DNA from: Chiloscyllium plagiosum
Taxonomy: Eukaryota
Length of the DNA: 47,130 nt
Reading direction: 5' to 3'
Assembly (NCBI RefSeq): GCF_004010195.1
Contig: NC_057720.1
Coordinates: 14,478,373 to 14,525,502, forward strand
Shown: positions 22,953 through 36,906 of the stretch, one piece after another
Layout of the letters: each line of letters starts with the position of its first letter
Position numbering within the stretch: the stretch's first letter is position 1
Made by a program: the position numbers and the translations under genes
The notes under the pieces: generated by a model
Database searches by the model: none
What the model saw: the letters and a program-made list of their open reading frames with translations, nothing else
What the model was told of the DNA's origin: nothing

Positions 22953-24699
22953 TGCATCTATAAAAATTGGTGAGCATCTTTACAAACATCCCAAATTCCC
23001 TTAGCCTCCTGAGGAAGTTGAACATTGATGTGCTTTCTTGACCATCGCTTTAACATGGGTAGACCAGGACAAATTGTTGGTGATCATCACTCCCAGAAAC
23101 TTGATGCTTTTGACCATCTCCATCTCAATACCATTGATGCAGAAAGGGGCACTCCACTCCACTTCCTGAAGTCACTGACCAGCTCCTTCATTTTGTTGAC
23201 ATTGATGAAGAGATTATTGTCTTTACAACTGCTGCTATGAACTTAATCTCTTTCCTATTTCCTTTCTCATCATTGATGGTGATCTGACCTACAACCGTGG
23301 AGGCGTCAAGAAACTTGTAAATGGAGTTGGGCCGGAATTTGGCCACACAGTTGTGAGTGTATAACGAGTGTAGTAGGGGGCTGAGTACACAGCCTTACAG
23401 GGCACCGGTATTGAGGATTATGTTGGTGGAGGTGTTGTCGTCTATTCTTACTGATTGCAGTCAATAGGTCAGGAAGTCAAGGATCCAGCTACAGAAGAGG
23501 AACTGAGACTTAGGTCTTGGAATTAGAGATGAATTTGTTTGGAATTATGGTGTTGACAGTGGAGCTGTAGTCAATAAGTAGGAGCCTGACGTAGGTATTC
23601 TTGTTATCCAGATGTTCCAGGGATGAGTATAGGGCCAGGGAGATGGCGTCTGCCATGGACCTGTTGAACCAGTAGGTGAATTGTGAAGAATCAATGCAAT
23701 TTGGTAGGTTGGAATTGACGTGAGCCATGACTAACCTCTTGAAGTACTTTATAATTATGGAGGTCAAAGGCACCAGCTCTCATCACTGAGGCATGCTGCA
23801 TGATTTTTCTTTGGCACCAGGATCATGGTGGTCTTCTTGAAGCAGGTGGGGACTTCAGATCGTATTAAGGAGAGGTTAAAGATGTCTGTGAATATATCCA
23901 TCAGCTGGTCTGCTCAGGATCTGAGTGCATGGCCAGCGACTCTATCCGGGTCAGTCACTTTCTGTGGGTTCACTCTCAAGAAGGCTGATCTGGCATCTGC
24001 AGCAGTGACTCTGGGTACAGGTGCATCTGAGACTGCTGGGATAGATGACATTGTTTCATTGACCTTCTGTTCAAAGCAATTGTAGAATGCATTGAGCTCA
24101 TGGGGTACGGTTGCATTGTTACACATTATTCTGTTCGACTTGGCTTTGTAGCCCGTTCTGTTGTATAAACCTTCCACAACCGTGTCTGTGCAGTTAGTCT
24201 GGGTCTCAAGTTAAGTTTGGTATTGTCTCTTGGGGTCTCTAATGGTTTTACAAAATTTGTACCTGGATTACCTGTACAGATCAGGATTGCCTGACTTAAG
24301 CGTCTCAGAACTGGACTTCAATAGGGAGTGGAGCTCCTGGTTCATCAATGGTTTCCAGTTGGGGAACCTTAGAATGAACTTCTTCTGCATGCAGTCATCT
24401 ATACACTTACCAATGAAATCCGTAACAGTGGTGGCATACTCATTTAGGTTGACCGTTGAGTTCCTGAATATGGACCAGTCCACTGACTCCAAGCAGTCCC
24501 ATGGAACCCTGTTCATTGCCTCAGGACAACACTGCACTACTTTCTGTGGGTGGGCCCTCACACTTCAATTGCTGCTTCTAAGCCAGGAGGAGCTTTGTGA
24601 TATGATCTTCCAAAGTGTGGATGGAGGATGAAGCTGTAGGCATCTTTGGTGGTTCTATAGCAATGACTAAGGACGTTTGGTCCTCTGCAGGAACAGAAA

Positions 24700-24925
24700 A
24701 CCTCACTCTCTCCTTGCAATTACCATGGCTAATCCACCTAGCCTGCTCACAATGAGACAATTCAGCATGGCCAATCCACCTAAGGTGCAAATCTTTGTAG
24801 AATGGGAGGAACCCCATACAGACATGGGGAGAATATGCAAACTCCCGTCTCACAAGGCTGGAACTGAACTGGGGTCCCCGATGTTGTGAAGTAGCAATGC
24901 TAACCACTGAGCCACCTTGTCACCC
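24700..24925 (-). mobile_element. V-SINE / HE1-like SINE (diverged)
   Basis: gctaaccactgagccacc head and V-domain remnant. Confidence 0.85.
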
Positions 24926-25339
24926 AAACCACATGGCATTATCTTTAATCTTTGTGGTCACTATTCAGGTTTTCTGTGATTAGTTGTGTTGCACAGGTCT
25001 CAGATTACTCATAATTGGAATCCGTGCAGTGACAGTGGTAAAAAAAAACTGATTCTGCTGTCTCTGGGTTTGGTCACAGCCATTTTCCATTCTCAGTTTG
25101 CATTTAGGAGTCAAATTAAAATAAAAGGCAATGCAGGTCATGCTTTTCACAGAGAATCCCAGGCTCAGCCTAATAATAGAGAGCCATCCCATTCAATATC
25201 TCTTCCTTCCGGGCAATCCTTGATCAGCCTATAATTACTGATCCTTCACATGTTCCCACACACCATCTAGAATTAGGTCTGCAGTTTCCATCATTACCAC
25301 CTGACAGCCAGTCTTACTGTTTGGTTATGCCCATGACCA

Positions 25340-25606
25340 TGGGGCAGTGCAGTGGCTCAGTGGTTAGCACAGTATCCTCAGCGCCGGGAACCTGGGTTCA
25401 ATTCTACCCTCAGGCAACTGTCTGTTTTGAGTTTGCATGTTATTCCTGTATCTGCACGGGTTTCCTCCGGGTGATCTGGTTTCCTTTCACAATGCAAAGA
25501 CGTGCAAGTTAGGTGGATTAGCCATGGGAATTGCAGGGTTACGGGGTTGGGTGTGGATGGGATGCTTTGTGAAGGGACGGTGTGAACTCGATGGGCTAAA
25601 TGGCCA
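25340..25606 (+). mobile_element. V-SINE / HE1-like SINE (diverged)
   Basis: gtggctcagtggttagcac...gggttcaattc...gagtttgcatgttattcc. Confidence 0.85.
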
Positions 25607-28004
25607 AATCAAGGCCAGGGTATTGGTAATGACTGATAAACACTCCTCCCCCTCCTGCAGCATCCTATGTTCTCCCATACATTATTGTCTACCCCCAACC
25701 CACACATCAAATGCTCCCCCTCTGCTACATGAACCTTACCCCTCAGCACTGAGTTCCCTAATTTTCTCAAAACAGCAGTGTCTCCTTGACTTTCATTCCG
25801 TTGACCTCAAAAGGACTGACCGCAGTCTTGGACAAATCACACTAACTATTGACTAACCATCCCCCTAGCTGACCTGTGTGCAATTTCCCAACAGACCTAC
25901 CACAAATCTCTTGATGGTTTTCACCAGAAGTGGCAGACTGACCATGTCTCACTCTCCAGGCTGGAGTGAAACAGAGCCTGTGACCACGTACCCCAAGCAG
26001 ATGATCCAGTATCAAGCCCTTGGACTGAGGTTGGATGCTACCGTTGGATTGGATGCTGTGAACATTGAAATAGACACACAGTGAGTGGGCAACCCTAAAA
26101 TTGAGCCTAGTTGAATCCATGGATTGGGAGCCTGCCCCTTTACAAAGTGCCCTGACAGCTGCATTCCAATTAAAGATGCTATTGCGGTCTAAAGTGCAGC
26201 ATTGAAATGCAAAACTATAGTGTCAGTGGATTTGTGATGTGCCATGATGCAGCGAGGCTAATACATGTCAGATGTTAAGGTCTATGGGGGAGAGGTTATG
26301 TGTAGTCTGTGTCTATGTACTCTGCCTGACATTTGGTGCTAAGTGTCCAAGATGAAATCCAGAAGAGCGAGCAAAAATCTGGAGTCACCAGGTTATCTTT
26401 CTGACTTTCATAACAGGAATTATTGCTGTTTAATTTCGATTCAACTGCTGAAGAATGGGAAACTGCATATTAATGAGGTGAGATGAAGGAGTAATGAGAT
26501 GTTAATCCATGCTGATACATGCAAATCGGCATCTTGCTGATCACTACCAACAATCTCAAATTGGCGTTCAACACTTGGTGGAGAAAGGAACTATTTGTCT
26601 CATTGACAAGAAGTTTCTCGTTGGTCATTTCACCTGATTTTTCCAGTTTCTCTCCATGGTCTACATCATTCAGGAGCAGGGAAGATGCTGACCCAAGGTC
26701 ACTGTGCCCAAGCAGAAAAAAGTAAGAACAACAGGTTTCTAAATGCACATTATTTAAGCTTTAGTCAACAGCTGAGACATCTCCATTGTATTTAATTTTA
26801 ACTTAACATGGTAAATTGACCAGCGACATTGATGGTACAATATCAGACATGTGCTCTGTTTTCTAAATTTACTCATGGGACGTCGACATCACTGACCAGG
26901 CCAGCATTTATTGCCCATTCCTGATTGTCCAGTCAACCACAGTGGGGTTTTGGAGTCACACATAGGCCGTAAAGGACATTAGTGAACCAGAAGGGATTTT
27001 TTCAACAATCAAAATGGTTTCATGGTCACCATTAGACTCTTAATTCCTGAATTTTTATTTTTGCCTTTAAAGTTTCCTCAATCATTGATCCAGAGTTAAC
27101 ATTGCTGAAGCAAACCACCAACACTTTGAAAGTTTATTGACAAACTAAACTTATGTTGCTTGAATTTATTGCATTGTTTCATAGCCAGTTATACCTATTG
27201 CATTTGAATCAAAGGAAACTTGTAAAGGATAAATGTTTTGTTATATATGGGGAGTTAGTACGATACCAGTCCTTGAAACTGCTTCTTTGGGATTTTAATA
27301 ATGACTATGTATAAAGTATATGGAATTAAGTTACAAAAACCAGGAACATCCCAAGTTGACTGTCTTTTTTATCCTGAATAAACTGATTTGGCCTGTGGTG
27401 ACATTGGGAACAGCAATTCATCTCAATATCATTAAACGCAGAAAAAGAGAAAATAGTTCACCCAGGGTTCCAATTTTAAATTGTGATTCTTCATTACTTT
27501 AATTTGGGTGGCTAAACTCTTCCCACACTCCCTCTATCAAGCCTAAACTATGCCTAAGCTATGCCCAACCTTACAATAAAGCATAAGCATTGTGAGTATT
27601 TAAAGCCAATCAATGCAGGCAGGCTTGCTGTAAATAGGACTGAGCACACACCCTCATGAATGGGATAGAGATTAAATCATATTATGGATGGCATGAAAAC
27701 CAGAAAGACTGGGATTCAGGTTCGATCCTGAATTAGTGAGTCTCAGTTTAGGAAACAATAGTGTTATTACAATTACCTTATAAACACTGGGCCTAACCGA
27801 GGAAGAAAAACCCATGAGAGAGAAATCATTTATGAATGTTGTTGACAAAATTGTTAGACTCAGAGGTAATTGCCTACTGTGGATGGACTAGCATCTGCAT
27901 ATGTGGTCCAGTCATTTTCTGGAGAAGATGCGAAATTGTTGGTGCCCATAAATCATTTTTTTCCAGTCTGAGGCATTGCCCTCACCTCAAAGAAGCATGT
28001 AGTC

Positions 28005-28131
28005 AGCACGGTGGCTCAGTGGTTAGCACTGATGCCTCAGAGTACCAGGGAACCAGTTTCAATTCTACCCTCAGGCAACCGTCTGTCCTGAGTTTGCACA
28101 TTCTTCCTGTGTCGGCGTGGGTTTCCTCTGG
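28005..28131 (+). mobile_element. V-SINE 5' part, cut by a CR1
   Basis: cagcacggtggctcagtggttagcactgatgcctca...gagtttgcacattcttcctgtgtcggcgtgggtttcc. Confidence 0.88.
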
Positions 28132-28925
28132 GTCATAGAGTCATCGAGATGTACAGCATGGAAACAGACTCTTCGGACCAACTCATCCATGCCGACCAGA
28201 TATCCCAACCCAATCTAGTCACACCTGCCAGCACCCGGCCCATATCCCTCCAAACCCTTCCTATTCATATACCCATCCAAATGCCTCTTAAATGTTAAAA
28301 TTGTACCAGCCTCCACCACATCCTCTGGCAGCTNNNNNNNNNNNNNNNNNNNNNNNNNNNNNNNNNNNNNNNNNNNNNNNNNNNNNNNNNNNNNNNNNNN
28401 NNNNNNNNNNNNNNNNNNNNNNNNNNNNNNNNNNNNNNNNNNNNNNNNNNNNNNNNNNNNNNNNNNNNNNNNNNNNNNNNNNNNNNNNNNNNNNNNNNNN
28501 NNNNNNNNNNNNNNNNNNNNNNNNNNNNNNNNNNNNNNNNNNNNNNNNNNNNNNNNNNNNNNNNNNNNNNNNNNNNNNNNNNNNNNNNNNNNNNNNNNNN
28601 NNNNNNNNNNNNNNNNNNNNNNNNNNNNNNNNNNNNNNNNNNNNNNNNNNNNNNNNNNNNNNNNNNNNNNNNNNNNNNNNNNNNNNNNNNNNNNNNNNNN
28701 NNNNNNNNNNNNNNNNNNNNNNNNNNNNNNNNNNNNNNNNNNNNNNNNNNNNNNNNNNNNNNNNNNNNNNCAGCCCATTGGCCCATCTGATCAAGATCCT
28801 GTTGTAATCTGAGGTAACCTTCTTCGCTGTCCACTACACCTCCAATTTTGGTGTCATCTGCAAACTTACTAACTGTACCTCTTATGCTCGCATCCAAATC
28901 ATTTATGTAAATGACAAAAAGAAGA
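28132..28925 (-). mobile_element. CR1 (HER1-like) 3' part spanning the assembly gap
   Basis: GTVSKFADDTKIGGVVDSEEG on one side of the gap and LPEDVVEAGT...FKRHLD plus the tail on the other. Confidence 0.92.
28334..28770. other. Assembly gap (437 N)
   Basis: Run of N. Confidence 1.
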
Positions 28926-29590
28926 GGATGTTTGTGTCACTGGCTTATTTCCCGTCCTTGGTTGCCTTTGAGAAGGTGGTGATGAGCAGCCTTTTTGAAC
29001 CACTGCAGTCCACGTGCTATAGGTAGACAGAGACAGTGAAGGAATGGCAATATATTTCCAAGTCAGGATGGTGAGTGGCTTGGAGGTGAACTTGAAGGTG
29101 TGGTGTTCTCATATCTCTGCAACTCTTGTCCATGGAAGTAGTTGTAGGTTTGGAAGGTGCAGTCGAAGGAACCTTGGTGAATTTCTGCAGTGTATCTCAT
29201 AGATAGTACACACTGCTGCTGCTGAGTGTCAGTGGGGAAGGGAATGGATGCTGGTAAATGTGGTACCAATCAAATGGGCTGCTTTGTCCTGATGGCTTCA
29301 AGTTTCTGTAGTGTTGCTAGATCAGCATCCATCCAGGCAAGTGAGGAGTATTCCACTGCACACCTGCCTTGTAGATATTGATAGGGAGCCAGGAGGTGAG
29401 TTACTCGCCACAGTACTCCTAGCCTTTGACCTGCTCTTGTAGCCACTGTGCTTATGTGATGAATCAAGTTGAGTTACTGGTCACTGGTAACACCCAAATG
29501 TAGATAGTGGGAGATTCTGTATTGGTAATGCCATTGACTGTCAAGGGGCAGTTAGATTGTCCATTATTGGAGATGGTCATTGCCTGCCAA
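28926..29590 (-). mobile_element. Older CR1/L2-group LINE 3' fragment (distinct family)
   Basis: HISTVATRAGQRLGVLWRVTHLL...EYSSLAWM..LQKLEAI. Its 3' UTR (ttcaaaaaggctgctcatcaccaccttctcaaaggcaa) also appears at about 7460-7520 and 17510-17560 on the plus strand. Confidence 0.8.
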
Positions 29591-29741
29591 TCTTCATTGG
29601 ATTGATGGATACAGTGGTTGTGGTTCATCCTGTTTCTTTCCTTTCTGGCTCTTCATTCACCTTGTGAGCTGAGCAGAGATATTCTGCAAAGATTTTATCA
29701 TGTACCTTTTCCTTTTGAAATTTCATTTTCTCTCCACAGCA

Positions 29742-31231
29742 GGATTCTCTAGGAAGCCAGGGAGGAGATTGCCGAGCCTTTGGCTTTGATCTTTATGTTG
29801 TCACTGTCTACAGGAATAGTGCCAGAAGACTGGAGGAGAGTAAATGTTGTTCCCTTGTTCAAGAAAGGGAGTAGAGACAACCCTGGAAATTATAGACCAG
29901 TGAGCCTTACTTCGTCTGTGGATAAAGTGTCAGAAAAGGTTATAAAAGATAGAACTTATAATCATCTAGAGAGGAATAAGTTGATTAGGAATAGTCAACA
30001 CAGTTTTGTGAAGAGCAGGTCGTGCCTCACAAATAGTATTGAGTTCTTTGAGATGGTGACCAAACAGGTGGATGAGTGTAAAGCAGTTGATGCAGTGTAT
30101 ATGGATTTCAGTAAGGCGTTTAATAAGGTTCCCCATGATAAGCTATTGCATAAAATATGGAGGCATGGATGATTTAGTGGTTTGGATGAGAAATTGGCTA
30201 GCTGAAAGAAGACAGAGGTGGTGGTTGCCGGGAAATATTCATCCTGGAGTTCAGTTATTAGTGGGGTACCATAAGGATCTGTTTTAGGTCCACTGCTGTT
30301 TGTCATTTTTATAAATGACCTGGATAAGGCATAGAAGGATGGGTTAGTAAATTTGTGGATGACACACAGGTCGGTGGAGTTGTGGATGGTGCTGAAGGTT
30401 ACAGAGGGACACATATAAGCTGCAGAGTTGGGCTGAGAAGTGGTGAATGGAGTTTAATGTGGAAAAGTGAGTTGATTCACTTTGGAAGAAGCAACAGGAA
30501 GAAAGAGTACTGGGCTAATGGTAAGATTCTTGGCAGTGTAGATGAGCAGAGAGATCTCGGTGTCATGTACATTGACCCTTGAAAGATGTCACCCAGGCTG
30601 ATATGGTTGTTAAGAAGGCATACAGTGTGTTAGCTTTTATTGGTAGAGGGATTGAGTTTTGGAGCCATGAGGTCATGCTGCAGCTGTACAAAACTCTGGT
30701 GCAGTCGCACTTGGAGTATTGCATACAATTCTGGTCACTGCATTATAGGAAGGATGTGGAAGCTTTGGAATGGGTTCAGAGGAGTTTATTAGTTTGTTGC
30801 CTGGTATGGAGGGAAGGTCTTACAAGGAAAGGCTGAGGGACTTGAGGCTGTTTTCGTTAGAGAGAAGAAGGTTGAGAGGTGACTTAATTGAGACATATAA
30901 GATAATCAGAGGGTAAGATAGGGTGGACAGTGAGACCATTTTTCCATGGATGGTGATGGCTGGCATGAGGAGTAATAGCTTTAAACTCAGGGGTGATAGA
31001 TCTTGGACAGATGTCAGTAGTAGTTTCTTTACTCAGAGAGTAATAGGGACGTGGAACGCACTGCCTGCAACAAGTAGACTCGCCAACTTCAAGGACATTT
31101 AAGTGGTCATTGGATAGACATATGGATGAGAATGGAATAGTGTAGGTTAGATAGGCTTCAGATTGGTTCCACAGGTTGGTGCAACATCAAGGGCTGAAGG
31201 GCCTGTACTGCGCTGTAATGCTCTATGTTCT
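29742..31231 (+). mobile_element. CR1 LINE, RT to 3' tail, frameshifted
   Basis: VPEDWRRVNVVPLFKKG..DNPGNYRPVSLTS, VYMDFSKAFNKVPH and LYKTLVQSHLEYCIQFW. The 3' UTR matches that of 1-566. Confidence 0.95.
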
Positions 31232-32436
31232 AACCATTCACCCAGCTGCACAGGCATTATAATAGCAACAATGGCCTAAATGGCCAAATATATTGTTCTT
31301 ACCTGAAATGGTCAGCAATGTTTGAGCCTGAGAGGTATAGTACACGGTGAGGTAATGAAAGGGTCACCCGGGATTGGTATGTGTCCTTTGCAGTGAATGG
31401 GTTTGTATGTGTTGTTGTTAACCCTTGAAATGTTTCATAATCTCCTCCCTCACAGGCCAAAACCTGACTATTCGAGTGTGGATGCTGTCATTTTCTTTCC
31501 CATTTTGCAGTTTCAGTTTTCAAGACGGTAGTTTCCATGCTCTGCCTCACATTTCAGTGAGGCCCCAAATATTGAAACATCCTTCATGGTAACCCTTCCC
31601 AAGTACCCCACAGACAAGCACCTGTACATATACCAAAATGGTCTGCATGAGTCTGCACCTGCCAACCTTTACCACCCAATCCCTGGCATATAAGGTGACC
31701 ATGCCATGAGTGCTCGTACAGTGCTCCCGCCTAACATGCCAGGGTGATTCTTATAATTGATAAGACCCCCTTCCAAACTGCCCTGTTGACAACCATAATT
31801 CAATATATCTTCCTTTACATATACAGTTGCTTATCCTGTCAGTCACTCCCAATACACATAGCTCTCCTTCCCACAGCCCCTTCAAGATGACCACCCTCAC
31901 CAATCCCATCCCCACAATTCCCATTGTTATTGGAGAAACACAATGGAATGACTCTGGCCCACCCCCTTGAATGTCCTAACCAGACAGCTCCAGACAAGAA
32001 CACCCTTGCCTGATGCTTATACATCTCCCAAACTTTGTCTGTGCCAACTCCCAGACTGGCCACTAAGAAGCCACTGGGCTGACTGTGACCCAGTCCCCCA
32101 GACTGCCGAGTGATAGAACACCCTGACCATGGCTGAACCTCTGGACTCATCTCGGAGGCTGCCCTTGACCTACTGTGCCAGAATCTCTGATTGATGGGTG
32201 TCTCCATGAACTTCACTGAGGAGCACTCCCCTTAACCTTTGAGACATGGTCATTTACTAGCGGCAGGTGCAGTGTGCTCACCGTGTACTGGGCTGGCACA
32301 TGTTGCAGGCACATCTCTCCACTCGTGAGAGTGACATAGAATTGTGCCATACAGCAAGATGCCTGCCCTCTTTACTGAGGACTGCTGACCAACAAGATAG
32401 GCTGCCTAGCTCTGCAACTGCACTAAAAGGCATGGA

Positions 32437-35170
32437 TTCATAGACTCATACAATGTAGAAAAGACCCATTGGCTCTTTGAATCTTCACTGACATAACTAC
32501 CATTAAAGGCACGCTAATTCCAACGTTTGCATTTATACCATATCCTTGAATGTTACAATATTTGAAGTACTCATCCAAATATGTTTGAAGGCCATAAGGT
32601 TTCTGGCCTCCATTGCACTCCCTGACAGTGCATTCTAGATTCCCACGCTGAATGAAAACATTTTTTCCCAAATCCCCCTAAACCTCCTGCTCCTTACCCT
32701 AAGACTATGCCTTTTCGTGATTGACCTCTCAACCAAGGGGAATAGCTTCCATACAGCTCATAATCTTAAACACCCCAATCATGCCCCGCCTCAGTCTTCT
32801 CTGCTCAGAGAAAACAATCCAAGCCTATTTAGTCTCTTCTTCTCAATTTCTTCATTCCAAGCAACATCCTGGAGAATCTCCTCTAATGGTATCTCATCCT
32901 TCCTGTATTGAGGTGACCAGAACTGTGCACAGTACTCCAGCTGTGACTGTCCATCACTCTGTACAACTCCAACATTATCTCCTTGCTCTTATTCTCTATG
33001 CCATGACTGATGAAAGCAAATATCTCATATGCTTTCTTAACTATCCTAGTCACAGGATCTGTGAATAATTACTTCTGCACCTCCCTCATCTTGCTTCTTC
33101 TTGCAAAATGCTCACACATATCAGGGTTAAATACAGGTCTGCCCATCTGGTCAATCTATTTATATCTTCCTGTAGCCTACAACAATCTTCTTTGTTATTA
33201 ACCACTCTACCAATCTTGGCGTCATCTGAAAATTTGCTTAACGCTCCTTCCACATTCTCATCAATATCATTTATGCCTATAACAAAAAGTAAGGGTCCCA
33301 GTACTGATCCCTACTGTACATTGCTTCGCACTGGCATCCAGTCACTCAAAACACCTTCTATCGCTACCTTTTGTTTCCCATTACTGAGCAGGTTTCTGAT
33401 CCAAATTTCCCTGAATTCCATGTGGTTTAACCTTCTTAATCAACCTTCCATGTGGGGCCTTGTCAAAAACTTTGCTAATACCCATATAAACTACATCAAC
33501 TGAACTTCCCTCATCCACACATTTGATTACATTTTCAAAAACCTCTAGCAAATTTATTAGGCATGGCTTCCCTCTGACAAAGCCATGCTGACTATTTCTA
33601 ATTAACCCATGCCTTTCCAAGTGGTTATTAATTTGCTCTTTCGGAATTTTCTCCAATTGTTTCCCTATCATTAATGTGATACTAACACCAGGCTGTAATC
33701 TTCTAATTCATCTCTACCACCCTTTTTAAAAAGTAAAACCATATTTAGCATCCTCCAGTCCTCTGGCACTTCCCCGTAGCCAGAGAGGAATTAAAAATTT
33801 GTGTCAAGGCTCCTGCAATTTTTCGCCTCAACTCCCACAGCAGCCTGGGATGCAATTCATTCACACCAGAGGATTTGCCAGTTTTAAAACCTGACAAAGC
33901 CCCCAATACCTCCCCATTTCCTGTGTCAAACTGTGCAAGTGTCTCACAGTCCCATTTCCTGAATTCCAAGCCTACGTTCTCTTTTTCTAGAGTAAGGACT
34001 GAAGAGAAGTATTTATTCAACAGCCTTCCAATGTCCTGCAGCTTCATACACAGATTGCTCCTTTGGTCCTCGTTCCCTGGTTAGCCTCTTCACTTTAATG
34101 GATTTATAAAATATCTCAGGATTCTGCCTAATCCTGCTCGCTAGCCCTATTTCATGCCCTGTTTTTACTCTTCTATTTGCTTTCTTAAATCCCCTTCAGC
34201 ACTTCCTTTAGGGCCGCAGCTGAATTATTCCCTTTGGACTTGCTAAAAACCCTGCTCTTCTTCCACATCCAGTCCTGAATTGTCATGACATATTGTTCCT
34301 TTGTTTCCCTATGAAGGGTAAACATTGGATCTATACTGTCCCCAGCTCTTTTTTGAATGCCCCCCATTCCTTAGTAAACTTACCTGCAAGAGCTGCTCCT
34401 AATCTACCGAGGCCAGATCCCACTTTATTTTAATAAATCTGCCTTTCCCCAATCCAGAGTCGTCTTTTGCAGGCCATCTTTTTCTTTGTCCAGAACAAAC
34501 GTGAACCGTAACGTATTGTGGTTGCGTTGACAAAACGTTCCCCCAATTCCACATCGCACACTTGCCCAGCTTCCTTCCTCAGAATCTGATCCAGCACTAT
34601 GCCATCCTTTGTTGGGCCTTCTATGTATTGATACAAAAATCTCCCCTGGTTACATTTCAAGAAATCCACCCTCTTTAAACCCTTAACACAATGGCTGTCC
34701 CAACTTATGTTTGGAAGTTGAACTCCCTTGGTATAATTACCTGATTATTACTCTTTCACACTTGTGTGAACTTCTGCATTTGCTCCTCTATTTCCCACTG
34801 ACTCTCGGGAGCCTATAATACACTCTCAGTAAAGGAGCTGCCCCCTTAACATTCCTACGTTCTACCCAAAAAGCGTCATTTGTTGGCCCATCCAAGATAT
34901 CATCTCTCCTTATTACAGTGACTGACTCTTTAATTAATTGTGCTACACCATTACTCTTTTTACACCCTCCTCTGTCACCTAAAGACCCTATACCTGAAAT
35001 GTTAAGTTGCCAGTCCAGCCCTTCCCTTGACCATATTTCTGTGATGCCAACAATATAATACTTGCATGGGTCAGTCCATGCCATTAACTCACTGTCTTAC
35101 CTATTAAATCCTAGCATTAAAGACCATCCAGCCTTGCCTTACTCCCTTGACACTCAACATAGCTGAACTC
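32437..35170 (-). mobile_element. Older CR1 LINE with APE endonuclease through 3' end, heavily mutated
   Basis: IVGITEIWSREGLDWQLNISG (EN), LLNKYFSSVLT, SQHGFVRGKPCLINLLEVFE, VDVVYM.ISKVFDKAPH. Confidence 0.9.
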
Positions 35171-36662
35171 AGTCTGAGTTGCCTTCTTTGCTGTAGCATG
35201 ATGTGTTTCGGTTTCATTGATATTCTGTGTCCTTTCCCCCTGAGCATGGCACAGTAAGGCAAAATAGTGATGCAAGCAAGATGCTAAGTGAGTGAGTGTG
35301 AAGATAGTAAGCTGGCAGCCCTGAGATATGGTCTGTTTCAATCCGTGAATTGGGCACCTGATAACTGCTCTTTCCTGTCAGGAATTGTCGATGTCTAGTT
35401 TCCTCGCAGCAAGTGGTAGTATAAGAGTCATTGTAATGACTGTTAAACAAGAAATAATTGCCCTTAATATTCATCTCACCACTCCACTCACAAGAATCAC
35501 GTATTGAACGCCCAGAATGTTTTTTGAAAATTCAATGAGTTGATCCCGAACATCAAGAATATGCTGACTAACTTTCCCACGTGTTCATCCCACATTTCTC
35601 ACCATAGCCCACATCGTTCAGACATCTATAAGATTCTGCATCTTCATTCTAAATGTTGTTTGAATTCTGTCAGAAGGTCTGCCATGGCCCCTGTTCAAAC
35701 CAAACAGTTTGTGGACATTCTGACAAGATGACTTTGATCTACCCTTGCATGCAGCACACACCCTGGTCACTTGCACAAATGAATTAAACTTACCTCTCCA
35801 TAGGAATTTGTCCATTTATCAGCAAGCTATGTTTTCAAAATGTTTTCAACATTCTCTGTGCTTTAATGAACAAAATCATTGAGGATTGCATGCACTTTAG
35901 TACAATTTAAGACTGTTGACCGTTGTTTTATCTGTAGATTAACTTGTTTGCTGATTGCTTGAGCATGATTGGCATAATGTTTTCCATTGCTGTTCCCAAT
36001 TTCACATTAATGATAACCATTTAATAATTAATTTCTTTTCAGTGATTAGAGTCATAGAGTCATAGAGATGTACAGCAGGAAACAGATCCTTCGGTCCAAC
36101 TTGTCCATGCTGACCAGCTATCCCAACACAATCTAGTCCTACCTATCAGCATCCAGCCCATATCCCTCCAAACTCTTCCTATTCATATACTCATCCAGAT
36201 GTTTAAATGTTGCAATTGTACCAGCCTCCAACACTACTTCTGCCAGCTCATTCCATACACATACCACCCTCTGTGTGAAAAGGTTGCCCCTTAGGTCTCT
36301 TTTATATCTTTCTCTTCTCACCCTAAACCGATGCCCTCTAGTTCTGGACTCCCCCACCCCAGGAAAAATACTTTGTCTATTTATCCTATGCCCTTCATGA
36401 TTTTATAAATCTCTATAAGGCCTCCGACGCCCAAGGGAAAACAGCTCCAGCCTATTTAGCCTCTCTCTATAGCTCAAATCCTCCAACCCTGGCAACATCC
36501 TTGTAAATCCTTTCTGAACCCTTTCAAGTTTCACAACATCCTTCCAATAGGAAGGAGACAAGAACTGTATGCAATATTTGAAAAGTGGCCTAACTATTGT
36601 CCTGTACAGTCACAATGTGACCTCCCAACTCCTTTACTCAATATTCTGACCAATAAAGGAAA

Positions 36663-36906
36663 TGATTTGGAGATGCTGGTGTTGGACTGGGGTGTACAAA
36701 GTTAAAAATCACACAACACCAGGTTATAGTCCAACAGGTTTAATTGGAAGCACTAGCTTTCAGAGCGCTGCTCCTTCATCAGAATTACCAATTCTGTGTC
36801 TTACAATTGTATCCTCCACAACCACCTGATAAAAGAGCAGCGCTCCAAAAGCTAGTGCTTCCAATTAAACCTGTTGGACTATAACCTGGTGTTGTGTGAT
36901 TTTTAA
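36663..36906. mobile_element. Inverted (fold-back) Penelope terminal insertion, family B, 12-bp TSD
   Basis: 82-bp arms at 36701-36782 and 36826-36907 (4 mismatches) with a 38-nt tail at 36663-36700. TSD caataaaggaaa at 36651-36662 and 36907-36918. Homologous to 10372-10490. Confidence 0.95.
36751..36782 (-). ncRNA. Minimal hammerhead motif, family B (core intact, 5' stem-I strand lost)
   Basis: Minus strand: CTGATGA-A-GGAGC AGC GCTCT-GAAA-GC-TA-GTG. The sister arm at 36823-36856 shows the CAC/GTG stem I but has core mutations. Confidence 0.6.

Larger units (their letters stand above)
22098..24560 (-). mobile_element. Rex1/Babar-clade LINE with degenerate RT
   Basis: EYATTVTDFIGKCIDDC...FPNWKP.MNQE, LTSIIIKYFKRLVMAHVNSNLP..DSSQF.Y..NRSMADAISLAL.SSLEHLDNKNTYVRLLLIDYSS..NTIIP are characteristic Rex1 motifs. 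Confidence 0.92.

Noticed and set aside
26417..26477. Possible 61-bp plus-strand exon (ttcataacag|...AATGAG|gtgaga)
   Set aside because: Splice-like signals are present and one frame is open (NYCCLISIQLLKNGKLHINE), but the peptide is unrecognisable and there is no partner exon. Needs RNA-seq.
26470..26701. Possible minus-strand exon after a pyrimidine tract (DLGSASSLLLNDVDHGEKLEKS...)
   Set aside because: No recognisable homology. Such acceptor-like sites occur by chance.
27630..28000. Faint resemblance to an LF-SINE-like ancient repeat
   Set aside because: Similarity is too weak to support without a profile search.
28215..28897. ORFs full of X
   Set aside because: Artefacts of the N gap inside a CR1.
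31240..32430. Possible Harbinger accessory-gene relic, including ORF 31839-32216
   Set aside because: No identifiable Myb/SANT motif or termini.
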